Shown here piece by piece: positions 1 to 9,224 of a stretch of DNA of 64,000 nucleotides. The notes under the pieces were generated by a model. It was given only the letters and a program-made list of their open reading frames with translations. It was not told the origin of the DNA and ran no database searches. The stretch is from a virus. The stretch spans positions 1-64,000 of the IMG/VR virus record IMGVR_UViG_3300022562_001644, one strand, 5' to 3'. The first letter of the stretch is position 1. Every line of letters starts with the position of its first letter. The translations under genes and the position numbers were made by a program.

Positions 1-28
1 CCACCCCGCGCGGCAAAGGCGGTGAAGC

Positions 29-427
29 GTGACCACCCCACCCACGCCCGAGAAGCCCGTGGAGGAGCGGATCGCCATGGTGCTGGGCGACAAGTACACC
101 AACAGGGACCCGGATGTCCTTGCGCTGCTTCTCGAAGACGCGCAAACCGAACTGCAGAGGCTGCGGGCGGAGAATGACCTACTTAGTGATGCGCTGGCCG
201 CCAGGGGCCGCACCGCCAGGAACCGCACCGCCAGGAACCGCACCGACATGACCGTGGGCATGCTGCGGGCCCAGCTCGCGGAGGCTGTGGAAATAGGTAT
301 TAGGCTGTCGTGGCTGGGTGACCACGAGGACGGCTGCGAGTCATATCTGGAAGACGAGTGCACCTGTGGAATCCCTGGGGCTGTCGCCCGTCTCTCCGCC
401 CTGGCCAAGGAAAGCGGGGTGGGGTGA
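29..427 (+). CDS. hypothetical protein (coiled coil, C-terminal H/C cluster)
   Basis: 132 aa ORF, GTG start, TGATG coupling to next gene. Confidence 0.7.
   Translation: MTTPPTPEKPVEERIAMVLGDKYTNRDPDVLALLLEDAQTELQRLRAENDLLSDALAARGRTARNRTARNRTDMTVGMLRAQLAEAVEIGIRLSWLGDHEDGCESYLEDECTCGIPGAVARLSALAKESGVG
198..245 (+). repeat. 15-bp tandem repeat x3.2 (CCGCCAGGAACCGCA), encodes ARNRT
   Basis: Read directly; first copy has GG instead of AA. Confidence 0.9.
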
Positions 428-777
428 TGAGTGTATGCCAAGGATGTGGCGCGAATACCGATACCGAGTGCTTTCGGTGGTGCTACACCCACGACATTGA
501 CGACCTTCGCCAGCAACTCGCCGACCGCGACCGGGAGCTGGCTGAGGTGCGGGAATGGGCGAGAGGAACCACCGATGCGGAGAAGTACATCCGAGAGTGT
601 GGCAGGCGCTACCGGGACGAGGAGACACTGAAGCGCATGGCACTGGCCCGCATCGACCGGGCGCTGGCGATAGGACGAGACTGGTGCAATCAGGCAGCCG
701 GCCGCGGACTATTGCCGGTCATCGAGGACATGTGCGCTGCACTAGAAGGCAAGGAGGACGATGAAACCCCAACCTGA
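427..777 (+). CDS. hypothetical protein, N-terminal CxxC plus coiled coil
   Basis: ATG 427 overlaps previous stop; MSVCQGC... Confidence 0.7.
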   Translation: MSVCQGCGANTDTECFRWCYTHDIDDLRQQLADRDRELAEVREWARGTTDAEKYIRECGRRYRDEETLKRMALARIDRALAIGRDWCNQAAGRGLLPVIEDMCAALEGKEDDETPT

Positions 778-906
778 CAAAGAAGGCATTGCAGTCGCTC
801 CATCTCAACACGCAGAGCGAATGCGCTGCAGCCCGGCCTGGCCGAAGAAAGGGGGCTGCAAATTCTGCTACGTCCCACCACCCATGTACTGGAGGATGCT
901 TAGGTC

Positions 907-990
907 ATGACCAAAGCAGAAGCCGGAGCTCTCATCGAGCTCGTCCTCATCGTCATCGCCTGCATTCTTTTCATGAGGTATTCAGAATGA
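907..990 (+). CDS. 27-aa single-TM peptide
   Basis: GGAGG upstream; MTKAEAGALIELVLIVIACILFMRYSE; ATGA coupling to 987. Confidence 0.5.
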   Translation: MTKAEAGALIELVLIVIACILFMRYSE

Positions 991-1367
991 GACTTCCACT
1001 ATCCGTGAAACTCCTGTTGGCTGCCGTTGGGTGGGTCGACGAGAACCATAAGCTCGAGAAGCGTATTCGTGAGCTCGAGGACGAGCGTGAGACCTTGCGA
1101 GACAGGTTGCGGAGTGACTCCCTCTGTGGCGTCTGTGGAGGATTCCCCGACGACCACGTAAGTGGTCTCCCCTGTATCTGTGGAGGCACGGGCAAGCAGC
1201 GAGACGAGGCGCTCAATGCTCGGAAGATGGTCTTTGAGCTCGAGCGGAAGATTGATAAGGCTCTCACGGTTCTCGATGAAACGAGTCCGTGCTGGTGCGA
1301 CGAAGATGTCAGGGACTGTTGGGCCTGTAGGGTCCGTGGCGCCCTGTCCAGAAAGGTAACCCCATGA
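987..1367 (+). CDS. hypothetical Cys-rich coiled-coil protein
   Basis: Start at MRLPLSVK; CxxC and CxC motifs. Confidence 0.7.
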   Translation: MRLPLSVKLLLAAVGWVDENHKLEKRIRELEDERETLRDRLRSDSLCGVCGGFPDDHVSGLPCICGGTGKQRDEALNARKMVFELERKIDKALTVLDETSPCWCDEDVRDCWACRVRGALSRKVTP

Positions 1368-1993
1368 ACGAAACCAAATTCTCAAAGACGATTGAGCCAA
1401 AGGAGCTTGAGCTCTTTCACGCCTGTCGCCATGACTACAACCAGTGGGCGACCTTCGGTGGGAACACCTGGGAACACAGCCCAGGGCTGTCCTTGGTGCA
1501 AGCCATGCAGATTGAGCTCATGCGCTGGGAGCGAAACAACTTCGGCCTTCAGCCGCCGTGGACGGGCCTACTTGGAATCTTCGAAGAACTCGGCGAGCTC
1601 GACGAGGCAATAGACTTTGACGACCAGGTGGACGCCGTCGGCGATGTCTTGGTGTTCGCATCCAACCTGCTCGTAAAGTACCGGCTTGGCATTGCGCCCA
1701 TCATGGGCAACCTAAAGGATGCCCCTGAGCTAGATCCAATCTACATGCTTGAGAGCATGGGTTGGGCAAGCCACGTCATGCTGAAAAGCGAGCAGAAGAT
1801 TCGCGGCTACGATGACGTTGAGACCATTCGGCGGGACATCGCGGTGTCGGTCTACAGACTTCTTCGCTACCTCGTGGGGACCTGCGATGACATCGGCATC
1901 GACCTTCAGGGGACGTATCTCAAGATTGGGGCCAAGGTTCTAGGCCGAGACTGGAAGAGCAATCCCCACAACGCAGACAAGGTGGCTGGATGA
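1364..1993 (+). CDS. MazG-like nucleotide pyrophosphohydrolase
   Basis: EELGELDEA...DAVGDVLVF acidic all-alpha NTP-PPase motif. Confidence 0.7.
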   Translation: MNETKFSKTIEPKELELFHACRHDYNQWATFGGNTWEHSPGLSLVQAMQIELMRWERNNFGLQPPWTGLLGIFEELGELDEAIDFDDQVDAVGDVLVFASNLLVKYRLGIAPIMGNLKDAPELDPIYMLESMGWASHVMLKSEQKIRGYDDVETIRRDIAVSVYRLLRYLVGTCDDIGIDLQGTYLKIGAKVLGRDWKSNPHNADKVAG

Positions 1994-2172
1994 TGGCGAA
2001 CAAATACTCGTACCTTCACATCGTCCAGGGCCGCTACGACTTTGGCTGGGAAGATCTTGCGGCCAGCGAAGACTTTCGTGAGGCACGCAAAGACCTTCGA
2101 GCGTATCGGGTCAATGCGCCGGAGATTGACTATCGAATGATTCAAAGGAGGGAGCTCAATGAACAAGCCTGA
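1990..2172 (+). CDS. hypothetical protein
   Basis: 60 aa coupled ORF (IVQGRYDFGWED). Confidence 0.65.
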   Translation: MMANKYSYLHIVQGRYDFGWEDLAASEDFREARKDLRAYRVNAPEIDYRMIQRRELNEQA

Positions 2173-2743
2173 CCTCACCAAGGCCACCATCCTAAACGAC
2201 AACTGCCAGGAGCACGGCTCGAACCTCTACGCCCTCGAGGAGGGAGGCATCTACTGCATCAACGGTCACATGGTCGGCCAGGGCTACGGCAAGGGCATTA
2301 AGTTTGATGCAGCGGACTACTACGACACCGACGATGGAAGAGAAGTGCTCAGCCACTCTTCTCTGGAGGATGCTCTTGAGTACGTGCTCGACAATGCCTG
2401 GGAGAAAGACCGGACCTGGGACGACGTCCTCGACGAGCTATGCCCCGTCACAGTCTTCGCGTTCAGAAGGAAGGAGCTCGACAAGGGAGTCGCAAGGCGT
2501 GTCGCAGAGGATGTTATTGAACGCTTCGAAATGGATTTCTGGTACGAGGAATACGGTGATTTCGATGGCAATCATCTTCCCTGGGAGGGCAAAAATAAAG
2601 CGGCCCTAATCGACGATATGACAGCCGTTCTGGAAAAGCACCTGGCCGACGTAAAACCTTGGCAGTGCGAAGTTGTGACAACAGCAGAGTTCACGAAGGA
2701 AGAGGTCCGTGAGCTCATGAAAGGGTATTTGGAGGAATCGTAA
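2159..2743 (+). CDS. hypothetical acidic protein
   Basis: 194 aa, GGAG RBS. Confidence 0.75.
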   Translation: MNKPDLTKATILNDNCQEHGSNLYALEEGGIYCINGHMVGQGYGKGIKFDAADYYDTDDGREVLSHSSLEDALEYVLDNAWEKDRTWDDVLDELCPVTVFAFRRKELDKGVARRVAEDVIERFEMDFWYEEYGDFDGNHLPWEGKNKAALIDDMTAVLEKHLADVKPWQCEVVTTAEFTKEEVRELMKGYLEES

Positions 2744-3090
2744 TGCAAGACATGAGATACGAATCAGTTGAGTTCGAAGATGACTTCATGAAGTGTCCGA
2801 GCTGCAATGAAATTTACTTGCACCAGGACAAGGTTGAGGTTTGGCAGAGATTTGAGGAGGACGGCCCAGGGCGACACACAACCATTTCACATGGAGGTGA
2901 TGAGCTTCTGGATGTGATAGACCCAAGACCTCCCCACAGAAGAGACACCATCAGAATCCATTTCTACTGTGAGCACTGCCACGCCGGTGAGGATGCATGG
3001 GATGGCACGCCTCATGTTCTTGAGATCTACCAACACAAGGGTCATACCCTCGCCAACTGGTATGTGGATGGCGAAAGAAAGCAGCCATGA
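2743..3090 (+). CDS. hypothetical zinc-ribbon protein
   Basis: CPSC...CEHC...QHKG; TAATG coupling. Confidence 0.75.
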   Translation: MQDMRYESVEFEDDFMKCPSCNEIYLHQDKVEVWQRFEEDGPGRHTTISHGGDELLDVIDPRPPHRRDTIRIHFYCEHCHAGEDAWDGTPHVLEIYQHKGHTLANWYVDGERKQP

Positions 3091-3455
3091 AAAACATCGA
3101 ACTAGCAGAGAAGATCAACGAATTCACACGCTCCATCGTGAGCGCCACGGCAAAGGGGGAGTTCCCCGAAGACTTTAGAGAGGACGTCCGGCAGCTAACG
3201 AACTCCATCATGTTAGCTCTTGACGGAAAGGATTTGGCGGACCTGGCGAATGTCCTGAACCTTCTTGAGACAACAAAGGCGTACCTCTCCATTGCTGCAA
3301 TATCAAAACCCAGCAGGGACAAGGAGGTGCTCGACTTTACGTGCCAGGAAGTGATCACAAACTGGATTGCAATCTTCCTCTACATGACAAGACTGAACCC
3401 AGACTTGGATATAGCTGCCATTCTAAAAGAAAGCGCTAGGAGGATGAGAAAATGA
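3087..3455 (+). CDS. hypothetical protein
   Basis: 122 aa, ATGA coupling. Confidence 0.7.
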   Translation: MKNIELAEKINEFTRSIVSATAKGEFPEDFREDVRQLTNSIMLALDGKDLADLANVLNLLETTKAYLSIAAISKPSRDKEVLDFTCQEVITNWIAIFLYMTRLNPDLDIAAILKESARRMRK

Positions 3456-3679
3456 ACGACGAAGAAGAATTCGATCACGACCTATGGGACTCGGTTGTCT
3501 GCAAAGCTCGCAAAGATGGCGAGTTTGTATTCAGCGTCGATGACATTCCGTGGGTAGAGAAAATGACGGGAGTAACCTCGCTGGGATCGAGGGAGTGGTT
3601 CACTGGAGTGACCCTCTACGGCATCCCGGTGCGGATTGAGGAGGAAGCGGATGGGCGGCAAACCCAGGGTGAAGCCTGA
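3452..3679 (+). CDS. hypothetical protein
   Basis: 75 aa, GGAGG RBS. Confidence 0.65.
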   Translation: MNDEEEFDHDLWDSVVCKARKDGEFVFSVDDIPWVEKMTGVTSLGSREWFTGVTLYGIPVRIEEEADGRQTQGEA

Positions 3680-3890
3680 GCCTGGCCAACGAGACCAATG
3701 CTTCGCGGTCACCGCGGCCGGCGGGATTGGTATCAAGCTGGTCCTTGAGACGACGCCACCGAGGTCGAAGATTGAGGCGGCCAGGATCATCAAAGCCAGC
3801 TTCAAGCGGCTGGGCACTCCAGTCGAGCAGCGTACGCCAGGAGGCATTAAAGCCCTCCGGCTCGACGTCATCTACAAGGATGGGACCTGA
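3651..3890 (+). CDS. hypothetical basic protein
   Basis: GAGGAGG RBS before ATG 3651. Confidence 0.6.
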   Translation: MGGKPRVKPEPGQRDQCFAVTAAGGIGIKLVLETTPPRSKIEAARIIKASFKRLGTPVEQRTPGGIKALRLDVIYKDGT

Positions 3891-4252
3891 TGAGTGAATT
3901 CAGTGTGGAGGAGTTCAGGAAGGCTGTGGAGGAGATCGACAGGATCGTCGCCAGAGATCCGCAGCTCATGTTCCGCAAGGACCGAGAAGCCGCAAGGCAG
4001 GAGGACATCAAGGAAAGGCGGGGGTTCCTGGTTCTTTCCCCCGAGCTTCAGATTGTCAAAGAGCTTGACCCGGAGGGCATGATCTTGGAGAAAGATGGCC
4101 AGGAGTACCGGGTCATTGTCGACCCGCGTCTAGTGGGCATGACGAGCAGTGCAACAGGGGAGCCGATTCATGGCTGGTGGGTGCCGCCGATTGCCATGGA
4201 CATCAAGCCGATGGGGCCATTCACCGTACTCGATGGAGATAGAAAAGATTGA
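3890..4252 (+). CDS. hypothetical protein
   Basis: 120 aa coupled ORF. Confidence 0.7.
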   Translation: MSEFSVEEFRKAVEEIDRIVARDPQLMFRKDREAARQEDIKERRGFLVLSPELQIVKELDPEGMILEKDGQEYRVIVDPRLVGMTSSATGEPIHGWWVPPIAMDIKPMGPFTVLDGDRKD

Positions 4253-4665
4253 AGTTCACGAAAGCCAGCAACAAGAAAGTAACGGGTCGGACTGTGATCA
4301 GCATGACGTCCCGATTCATCGACGCGACCTATGAGAGCCGGGGCAAGGATGAGTCCTGGGGCCGTTTTGGCGGCGGGTGGGATCTCGAGCTCGGGGTTCA
4401 AGTAGATAGGTCGAAGCGAAACATCATCATCAACCTCGTCACCTCGTCGGTGCGAATCAAGATCAAGGAGAGTCCCTTTGGCAAACGACAAGAGAATCGT
4501 CATCGAGGAGACCGACGAGTTCGACCCGTTCAGGGAGCGAACGATAGTGATTCTCAAAGGAGACGGCTCTTTGAGCATTTCCTACGAGTATCAAAGGGCG
4601 GGCGAGGATTTCTGGCGGACCTGGCAAAACCAAGGCGCGACCCTTGGTCCTACGGCCCTAACTAG
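4249..4665 (+). CDS. hypothetical protein (long 3' overlap with next gene)
   Basis: TTG start coupled to previous stop. Confidence 0.55.
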   Translation: MKFTKASNKKVTGRTVISMTSRFIDATYESRGKDESWGRFGGGWDLELGVQVDRSKRNIIINLVTSSVRIKIKESPFGKRQENRHRGDRRVRPVQGANDSDSQRRRLFEHFLRVSKGGRGFLADLAKPRRDPWSYGPN

Positions 4666-4741
4666 GCTCAAGGAGGCTCTGGAAGAGCATGCACCACGAC
4701 GACAAGGGCGCGAAGGAGCGAAATTCCAGCAAGGCGGTTGA
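4478..4741 (+). CDS. hypothetical protein
   Basis: AAGGAG RBS, TTG start. Confidence 0.65.
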   Translation: MANDKRIVIEETDEFDPFRERTIVILKGDGSLSISYEYQRAGEDFWRTWQNQGATLGPTALTRLKEALEEHAPRRQGREGAKFQQGG

Positions 4742-4985
4742 CCCCGCTGTCTCAGCCAGGAGGGGCTGGATTCACAAGCGCCAGGTCGAGCTCTATCTGG
4801 AGAGGAACGGGATCCATCCTGATGGTCTCGTAGACAACAAGAAGTGGCAGCCGTGCTATCGGCAGGCCGAGGAAGAATGGGAGAAGAAGAATGCGACATC
4901 TAGAGATGAGTCGCCCGGAGCTAATTCGGGAGGTCGAGCGTCTACAGGAGACGCTGTGGGCGCTTCAGGATGCCCCGTGGACTAA
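4689..4985 (+). CDS. hypothetical protein
   Basis: 98 aa ORF. Confidence 0.55.
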   Translation: MHHDDKGAKERNSSKAVDPAVSARRGWIHKRQVELYLERNGIHPDGLVDNKKWQPCYRQAEEEWEKKNATSRDESPGANSGGRASTGDAVGASGCPVD

Positions 4986-5163
4986 GGATGCTCCAGGGCT
5001 CAGGGCCTATGTGAGGGTCCACCTTCACAGCGGTCGGGTGCAGCTTGATCCGCAGCAGCGCCGAGAGCTCGAGCACCATCTTCGCGAGTGGAGCCTGCCA
5101 GAGCCGAAGAAGGCAACCCGCTTACAGCTCGGGCTCAAGGAGGCCTTGATCAATGGCGGATGA
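4891..5163 (+). CDS. hypothetical protein
   Basis: 90 aa, GGGAG RBS. Confidence 0.6.
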   Translation: MRHLEMSRPELIREVERLQETLWALQDAPWTKDAPGLRAYVRVHLHSGRVQLDPQQRRELEHHLREWSLPEPKKATRLQLGLKEALINGG

Positions 5164-5749
5164 TAGAGACTGGGGAGAATGCACCTGTGGTGGAAAGATT
5201 GTACCCAAGGATGATCACTGGGCGATGTGCACGGAGTGCGGCGACGACAGCTTCCCACTGACCTACGATGCGGCCTATGGCGGAGGAGAGAATCTCGATC
5301 TCGAGCCGAATGCCGCCGAGAAGGCGCTCACAATCATTGCCGAGCTCTGCGGCATCAAGAACGGCTGGGACTTTCCAGGCCAGGTCGTGGGCTACGTCAG
5401 GCAGCTAAAGGAAACCGCGACTTCCGTCGAGGACCGCAACCAGCGTCTCCTGGCCGCCATCGCGGAGGCGATTGAGCGGACCGAGGACAATGGCCCTGGC
5501 GCCAAGAGCATCCTCCAGGCGGCGGTGAAGAGAGATCTTCCGTACGAGCCGGACAAGGGCCGAACGCACTACGAGGGTTGTTGGCGAAGCCGTGGCCACC
5601 ACAACTGCGCAGTGCGCTACATCGACGAGCTCGGCGCATCCATCAACAAGAGCCAGGCGGAGATTCAGCGCATTCGCAAACGACACGGACTCAAAGGCGG
5701 GGAACCGCTTCTGGGCCTCAACCTGCCAGAAGGAGACGAGGAGACCTGA
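5153..5749 (+). CDS. hypothetical zinc-ribbon/coiled-coil protein
   Basis: CTC..CTEC; THYEGCW...HHNCA; AAGGAGG RBS. Confidence 0.75.
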   Translation: MADDRDWGECTCGGKIVPKDDHWAMCTECGDDSFPLTYDAAYGGGENLDLEPNAAEKALTIIAELCGIKNGWDFPGQVVGYVRQLKETATSVEDRNQRLLAAIAEAIERTEDNGPGAKSILQAAVKRDLPYEPDKGRTHYEGCWRSRGHHNCAVRYIDELGASINKSQAEIQRIRKRHGLKGGEPLLGLNLPEGDEET

Positions 5750-5752
5750 GCT

Positions 5753-5760
5753 GGCATAAG
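5753..5760 (+). promoter_or_regulatory. GGCATAAG putative phage promoter motif
   Basis: Identical 8-mer recurs intergenically at 14575, 26114, 28820, 55523. Confidence 0.55.
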
Positions 5761-5766
5761 GCCTTT

Positions 5767-6018
5767 GTGAGGAAAGCACGCACGAAACAGAAGTCAGTGT
5801 TGTTTAGAGATCTCCCCAGGACCACGGCCTACGATGGACCGCCCAGAGAGACGGTGGGCACGGGGGGAATGCTTCAACACAAAGATTGCCCAAAGGGGTT
5901 TGCGAGCAGTTCGATTACGAGGGCTTGGGACCCAAAGAAGAGTGACTACTATGTCGAAGCGTTCTGCGCTTGCGGCGCAAAACAGAGAATCTATGACGGA
6001 GAACGAGGGAAAGTCTAA
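5767..6018 (+). CDS. hypothetical zinc-binding protein
   Basis: GTG 5767 in frame with ORF ending 6018; HxxC...CxC; start uncertain. Confidence 0.5.
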   Translation: MRKARTKQKSVLFRDLPRTTAYDGPPRETVGTGGMLQHKDCPKGFASSSITRAWDPKKSDYYVEAFCACGAKQRIYDGERGKV

Positions 6019-6238
6019 GAGCATGCCGGAACCTTTGAAGCGGCAGGATTTAGACAACATCAGATGCATCGATCCGCTCTGCGATAGTGACCATCCGGTC
6101 TTTGTCCAGGCGAAGTGTCATTCTGGTGCAGGAGTATCCGCAGCCTACGACAAGCATGTAGGCTGCATGAACATTTACTGCGCGGTCTGCAATGACCTCG
6201 TGGTTCGCATTCAGGTCGAGGAGGCCACAATTCAATGA
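5993..6238 (+). CDS. hypothetical Cys/His-rich protein
   Basis: CIDPLC..H..KCH..CAVC. Confidence 0.65.
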   Translation: MTENEGKSKSMPEPLKRQDLDNIRCIDPLCDSDHPVFVQAKCHSGAGVSAAYDKHVGCMNIYCAVCNDLVVRIQVEEATIQ

Positions 6239-6474
6239 GCTATCGCTGTGAAAAATGTAACGAGGCGCAAGCCCCGGGTGAAAGACCGACGAAAGTTGTT
6301 ACCGAGATTCGGACCTATCACGAGACTCCTGGTTGGCAGATTGCCAAGGAGGTAAATGCCTGCGAGGGCTGTGCCGAGGGACTGATGAACGCAGGCCCAA
6401 GGGAGACGAAGATTGCGCCTCCTAAGGGCAGCTTCATGATGTCCGAGCGCCACCTGCCGGAGTTTCGGCCGTAG
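6235..6474 (+). CDS. zinc-ribbon protein
   Basis: YRCEKC...CEGCA. Confidence 0.7.
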   Translation: MSYRCEKCNEAQAPGERPTKVVTEIRTYHETPGWQIAKEVNACEGCAEGLMNAGPRETKIAPPKGSFMMSERHLPEFRP

Positions 6475-6477
6475 GCA

Positions 6478-6843
6478 ATGACTGACGGCAGCCCCAGAAT
6501 CATCCCGGTCACCGACGACAACATCGAGGACCACACGACACGATGGCACAAGCACCGTCTGAGAAAATCGTTCCTCAAGGCAAAGGACCGGCGCAAGAAC
6601 TTCGAGCAGGGGGAGATCGCGGGCTTTCTCTACTGCCTTGGATTGCTCGCAATCATTATTGCAGCAAGTGAGCGGTTCAACGACTATGAGCTGCAGTGGT
6701 GGCTGAGGTGCCTCTCTGCTATCGCAGGAGCGTCGGCCTTGGTCGGCAAGACATACATAAAGCGGCGCTTTTGGAAACAGACCGAAGACGCCGAGTACAA
6801 CCTAGAAGAAGACGAACATGACACTAACAGACAAGAACGGTAA
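6478..6843 (+). CDS. hypothetical membrane protein (2 TM)
   Basis: Two hydrophobic helices. Confidence 0.7.
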   Translation: MTDGSPRIIPVTDDNIEDHTTRWHKHRLRKSFLKAKDRRKNFEQGEIAGFLYCLGLLAIIIAASERFNDYELQWWLRCLSAIAGASALVGKTYIKRRFWKQTEDAEYNLEEDEHDTNRQER

Positions 6844-7225
6844 GCCCCTCAACGGAGCAGAGCGCAAGCCACCCAAGAATGGCCAAAGCGGAGACAGCGT
6901 CGTCGACGTGCGAACCGTTCCGACTGGCACGCTCATTTACAACCTGGTCTTGACCGGGAGCAAGGAGCTCGGTGCCAGAGCGATGATTCAACAGCTCGAG
7001 ATGATGAAGGTGCAGCAGAAGATGGTGGCTGAGCCTCCTGAGCTGGCTGCGATGAGGGCCGAGCATGCAAACCTGGAGAATGCCAGGTACGTTATGGCTG
7101 CCGAGCTGAACGCCCGCTTCAAGGACTTTGATGCAGCCTTCGCAGCACGTCGCGGCATCGAGATGCATGAGCCCGGCGAGCTCGCATCGGAGCCCCCCAA
7201 GGAAAACTCTGGTGGCGAAGGCTAG
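6818..7225 (+). CDS. hypothetical protein
   Basis: 135 aa ORF. Confidence 0.7.
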   Translation: MTLTDKNGKPLNGAERKPPKNGQSGDSVVDVRTVPTGTLIYNLVLTGSKELGARAMIQQLEMMKVQQKMVAEPPELAAMRAEHANLENARYVMAAELNARFKDFDAAFAARRGIEMHEPGELASEPPKENSGGEG

Positions 7226-7598
7226 CTGCGGCTGTCCGTCGTCCCCGGCTGGAGTCCTTCACACCTTCGAGTGCCAGATGAGCAAGCAGGGCCACGTTGG
7301 CTTTGCGTCGCCGGCGATGCGTGCTGCGGGGATCCCAATACACGAAATGCCGGACATGCCAATCGCAAGGAACTTGGGCTCAGACCTGGACCCATGGGAC
7401 AAGGGCATCCTGGTCAACCTGGTGATGATGGAGCTCAAGCTCACGCAGCTTCGCAGCGGAAAGGCAGGGAAGATTCCAAGCAACGAGCTGCTCCTCGAGC
7501 ACGTACGAGCAGTTCTTAACAGGTTCAGAATGAACTACAGCAGACCGCTTATGGCCGAGCTCGTCCAGCGAGTGGCAAAGGAGATTCACGGTGGGTAG
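7212..7598 (+). CDS. hypothetical protein
   Basis: GTG 7212 in frame; start uncertain. Confidence 0.55.
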   Translation: MAKASCGCPSSPAGVLHTFECQMSKQGHVGFASPAMRAAGIPIHEMPDMPIARNLGSDLDPWDKGILVNLVMMELKLTQLRSGKAGKIPSNELLLEHVRAVLNRFRMNYSRPLMAELVQRVAKEIHGG

Positions 7599-7959
7599 AG
7601 AGAAGGTAGAGAAGGTCCTCGTAACCGGTTCACGCAAGTGGACCGACCCTGAACCCATCTTCCGGGTTCTTGACGAGCTCGACCCCGACATCGTCATTCA
7701 TGGAGGAGCGGATGGCGCGGACCTCATTTCTCACCAGTGGTGTAAGAAGAGGGGTCGAAGGGCGCTTGTCTTCTTCCCCGACTACAGCAAGAAGGATGGG
7801 CCATTGAGCCCCCCTCTTCGACGCAACCTGGACATGATCGACGAGAGACCAGACGTCGTGGCAGCATTCCCAATGCCAGACAGCCGTGGGACCTGGTTCA
7901 CGGTCAAGGAGTCGACGAAGGCCAACATCGAGGTCATCATCACCAAAGGAGAGTACTGA
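7591..7959 (+). CDS. SLOG family (YspA/DUF2493-like) protein
   Basis: VLVTGSRKW, IHGGADGAD, RN..M, VAAFP..SRGT motifs. Confidence 0.85.
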   Translation: MGREKVEKVLVTGSRKWTDPEPIFRVLDELDPDIVIHGGADGADLISHQWCKKRGRRALVFFPDYSKKDGPLSPPLRRNLDMIDERPDVVAAFPMPDSRGTWFTVKESTKANIEVIITKGEY

Positions 7960-8057
7960 TGTGCATGTGCGGAGGAGTCGTTGAGGTTGGAGCCGTCGCA
8001 CTTGTGGCGGCTTTCTTTGTGAAGGTCTGGAGGAAGATGCGTGGACGAGTATCCTGA
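7959..8057 (+). CDS. small single-TM peptide
   Basis: AGGAG RBS; MCMCGGVVEVGAVALVAAFFVKVWRK. Confidence 0.45.
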   Translation: MCMCGGVVEVGAVALVAAFFVKVWRKMRGRVS

Positions 8058-8238
8058 GTTGGAGGTTCCGCATTGCGTCATCAATTCGACGGTGCCGCCA
8101 GGACAGTTTGAGTGTCGGAATTGCGGGAAGACCTACTTGCCGGCGTTGCCCTGCTCGATTGACATGTACCTGGCAATGGCAAATTCGTTCATGAAATCGC
8201 ACAAGAACTGCGAACCAAAGGAGGTGACAGATGGCTGA
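8041..8238 (+). CDS. small zinc-finger protein
   Basis: CRNCG...F...H..C. Confidence 0.65.
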   Translation: MDEYPELEVPHCVINSTVPPGQFECRNCGKTYLPALPCSIDMYLAMANSFMKSHKNCEPKEVTDG

Positions 8239-8644
8239 GCCCAAGCTGGTCATCTACCACGATGCTGTCGAACCTGGCCTCATCGTGAAGAGCTACATCG
8301 GCGGGGAGGAGATATGCAAAAGAACTATCTCTGATCTAGATATTCTCAAGTGCCAGAACCACAGAGACCTATCCGAGCTCATCTGCAACGTTGCCATGGA
8401 GGTTGCGGAGAAGTCTGGGATGAAATGGCAGGAGGTTGCAAACGCGATGGCCAGTGATGTACTTGAGTCTTGGAGGCCGAAGCCGACGCTCCGGGAACGC
8501 GTGAACGAAATCCTAGACGAGGAGTACAAGCCCAAAGGCTTCATGGACAACTTCTTTCACCAGCTTGGGAAGGCCATGGAGAGGAAGGCGGAGGTCGATG
8601 GCATCACCATACCCAAGGCAATCGTCGTCAAGGAAAAGCCATGA
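8231..8644 (+). CDS. hypothetical protein
   Basis: AAGGAGGT RBS. Confidence 0.75.
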   Translation: MAEPKLVIYHDAVEPGLIVKSYIGGEEICKRTISDLDILKCQNHRDLSELICNVAMEVAEKSGMKWQEVANAMASDVLESWRPKPTLRERVNEILDEEYKPKGFMDNFFHQLGKAMERKAEVDGITIPKAIVVKEKP

Positions 8645-8668
8645 AATGCAGTTAACCAGGAGCGAACC

Positions 8669-8830
8669 ATGGACCCGAGAAAGCACCGACCTAAGACACC
8701 CGAGCAAGAAAGGCTCGACGGTGAACGCGGAATGGACCCTAACTATCATCGCGCGCGAGAGCGAAGCCCTGAGCAAGAGAGGCTCGACTGGGAAGAGGGT
8801 ATCCGCGACCAGGGGGATAGCGACCGATGA
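8669..8830 (+). CDS. 53-aa two-repeat peptide (MDP...PEQERLDxExG x2)
   Basis: AGGAG RBS, ATGA coupling, internal duplication; below ORF-track cutoff. Confidence 0.6.
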   Translation: MDPRKHRPKTPEQERLDGERGMDPNYHRARERSPEQERLDWEEGIRDQGDSDR

Positions 8831-9195
8831 AATGCAGCAAGAAGTCCTGTGAAAAGGACGCGGACGATGAGAAAGTTCTCTTCGATGAAGACGGAAAGTC
8901 TTACGCCACCTGCGACTCCCATGCGAACGAAGAGCTTTCGGGCGATGAGCTCAAGGATGGCGCGGAGCGGTACTGCCCGACGTGCCGCGGAGAAGGCTTC
9001 GTCGAGGTCGACAGAAGACATGCCTGCACCGTCCCCCTCGAGGATTGTTGCGGGGGTTGTTACGATTCCGAGCCGTGTCCCGACTGTGGGGAAGAGGAGC
9101 CAGAACCAGACTGGGACTCTATCCGGGAGGCTCGCGAAGAGGCTCGCATTGAAGAGGCTAACAATGCGGAAGTGGATTGGGAATCGCCCTATTAG
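8827..9195 (+). CDS. acidic Cys-rich protein
   Basis: Multiple CxxC including CPTCRGEG. Confidence 0.7.
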   Translation: MKCSKKSCEKDADDEKVLFDEDGKSYATCDSHANEELSGDELKDGAERYCPTCRGEGFVEVDRRHACTVPLEDCCGGCYDSEPCPDCGEEEPEPDWDSIREAREEARIEEANNAEVDWESPY

Positions 9196-9224
9196 GACTA
9201 ACGCCAAACCGTTAGACTCGTCGG

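Noticed and set aside
198-245. 15-bp tandem repeat as an origin or regulatory array
   Set aside because: In-frame coding slippage repeat (ARNRT) with only three copies.
5751-5770. GGCATAAG sites as sigma54 promoters
   Set aside because: The -24-like TGGCA is present in some copies, but none has GC at the required GG-N10-GC position.
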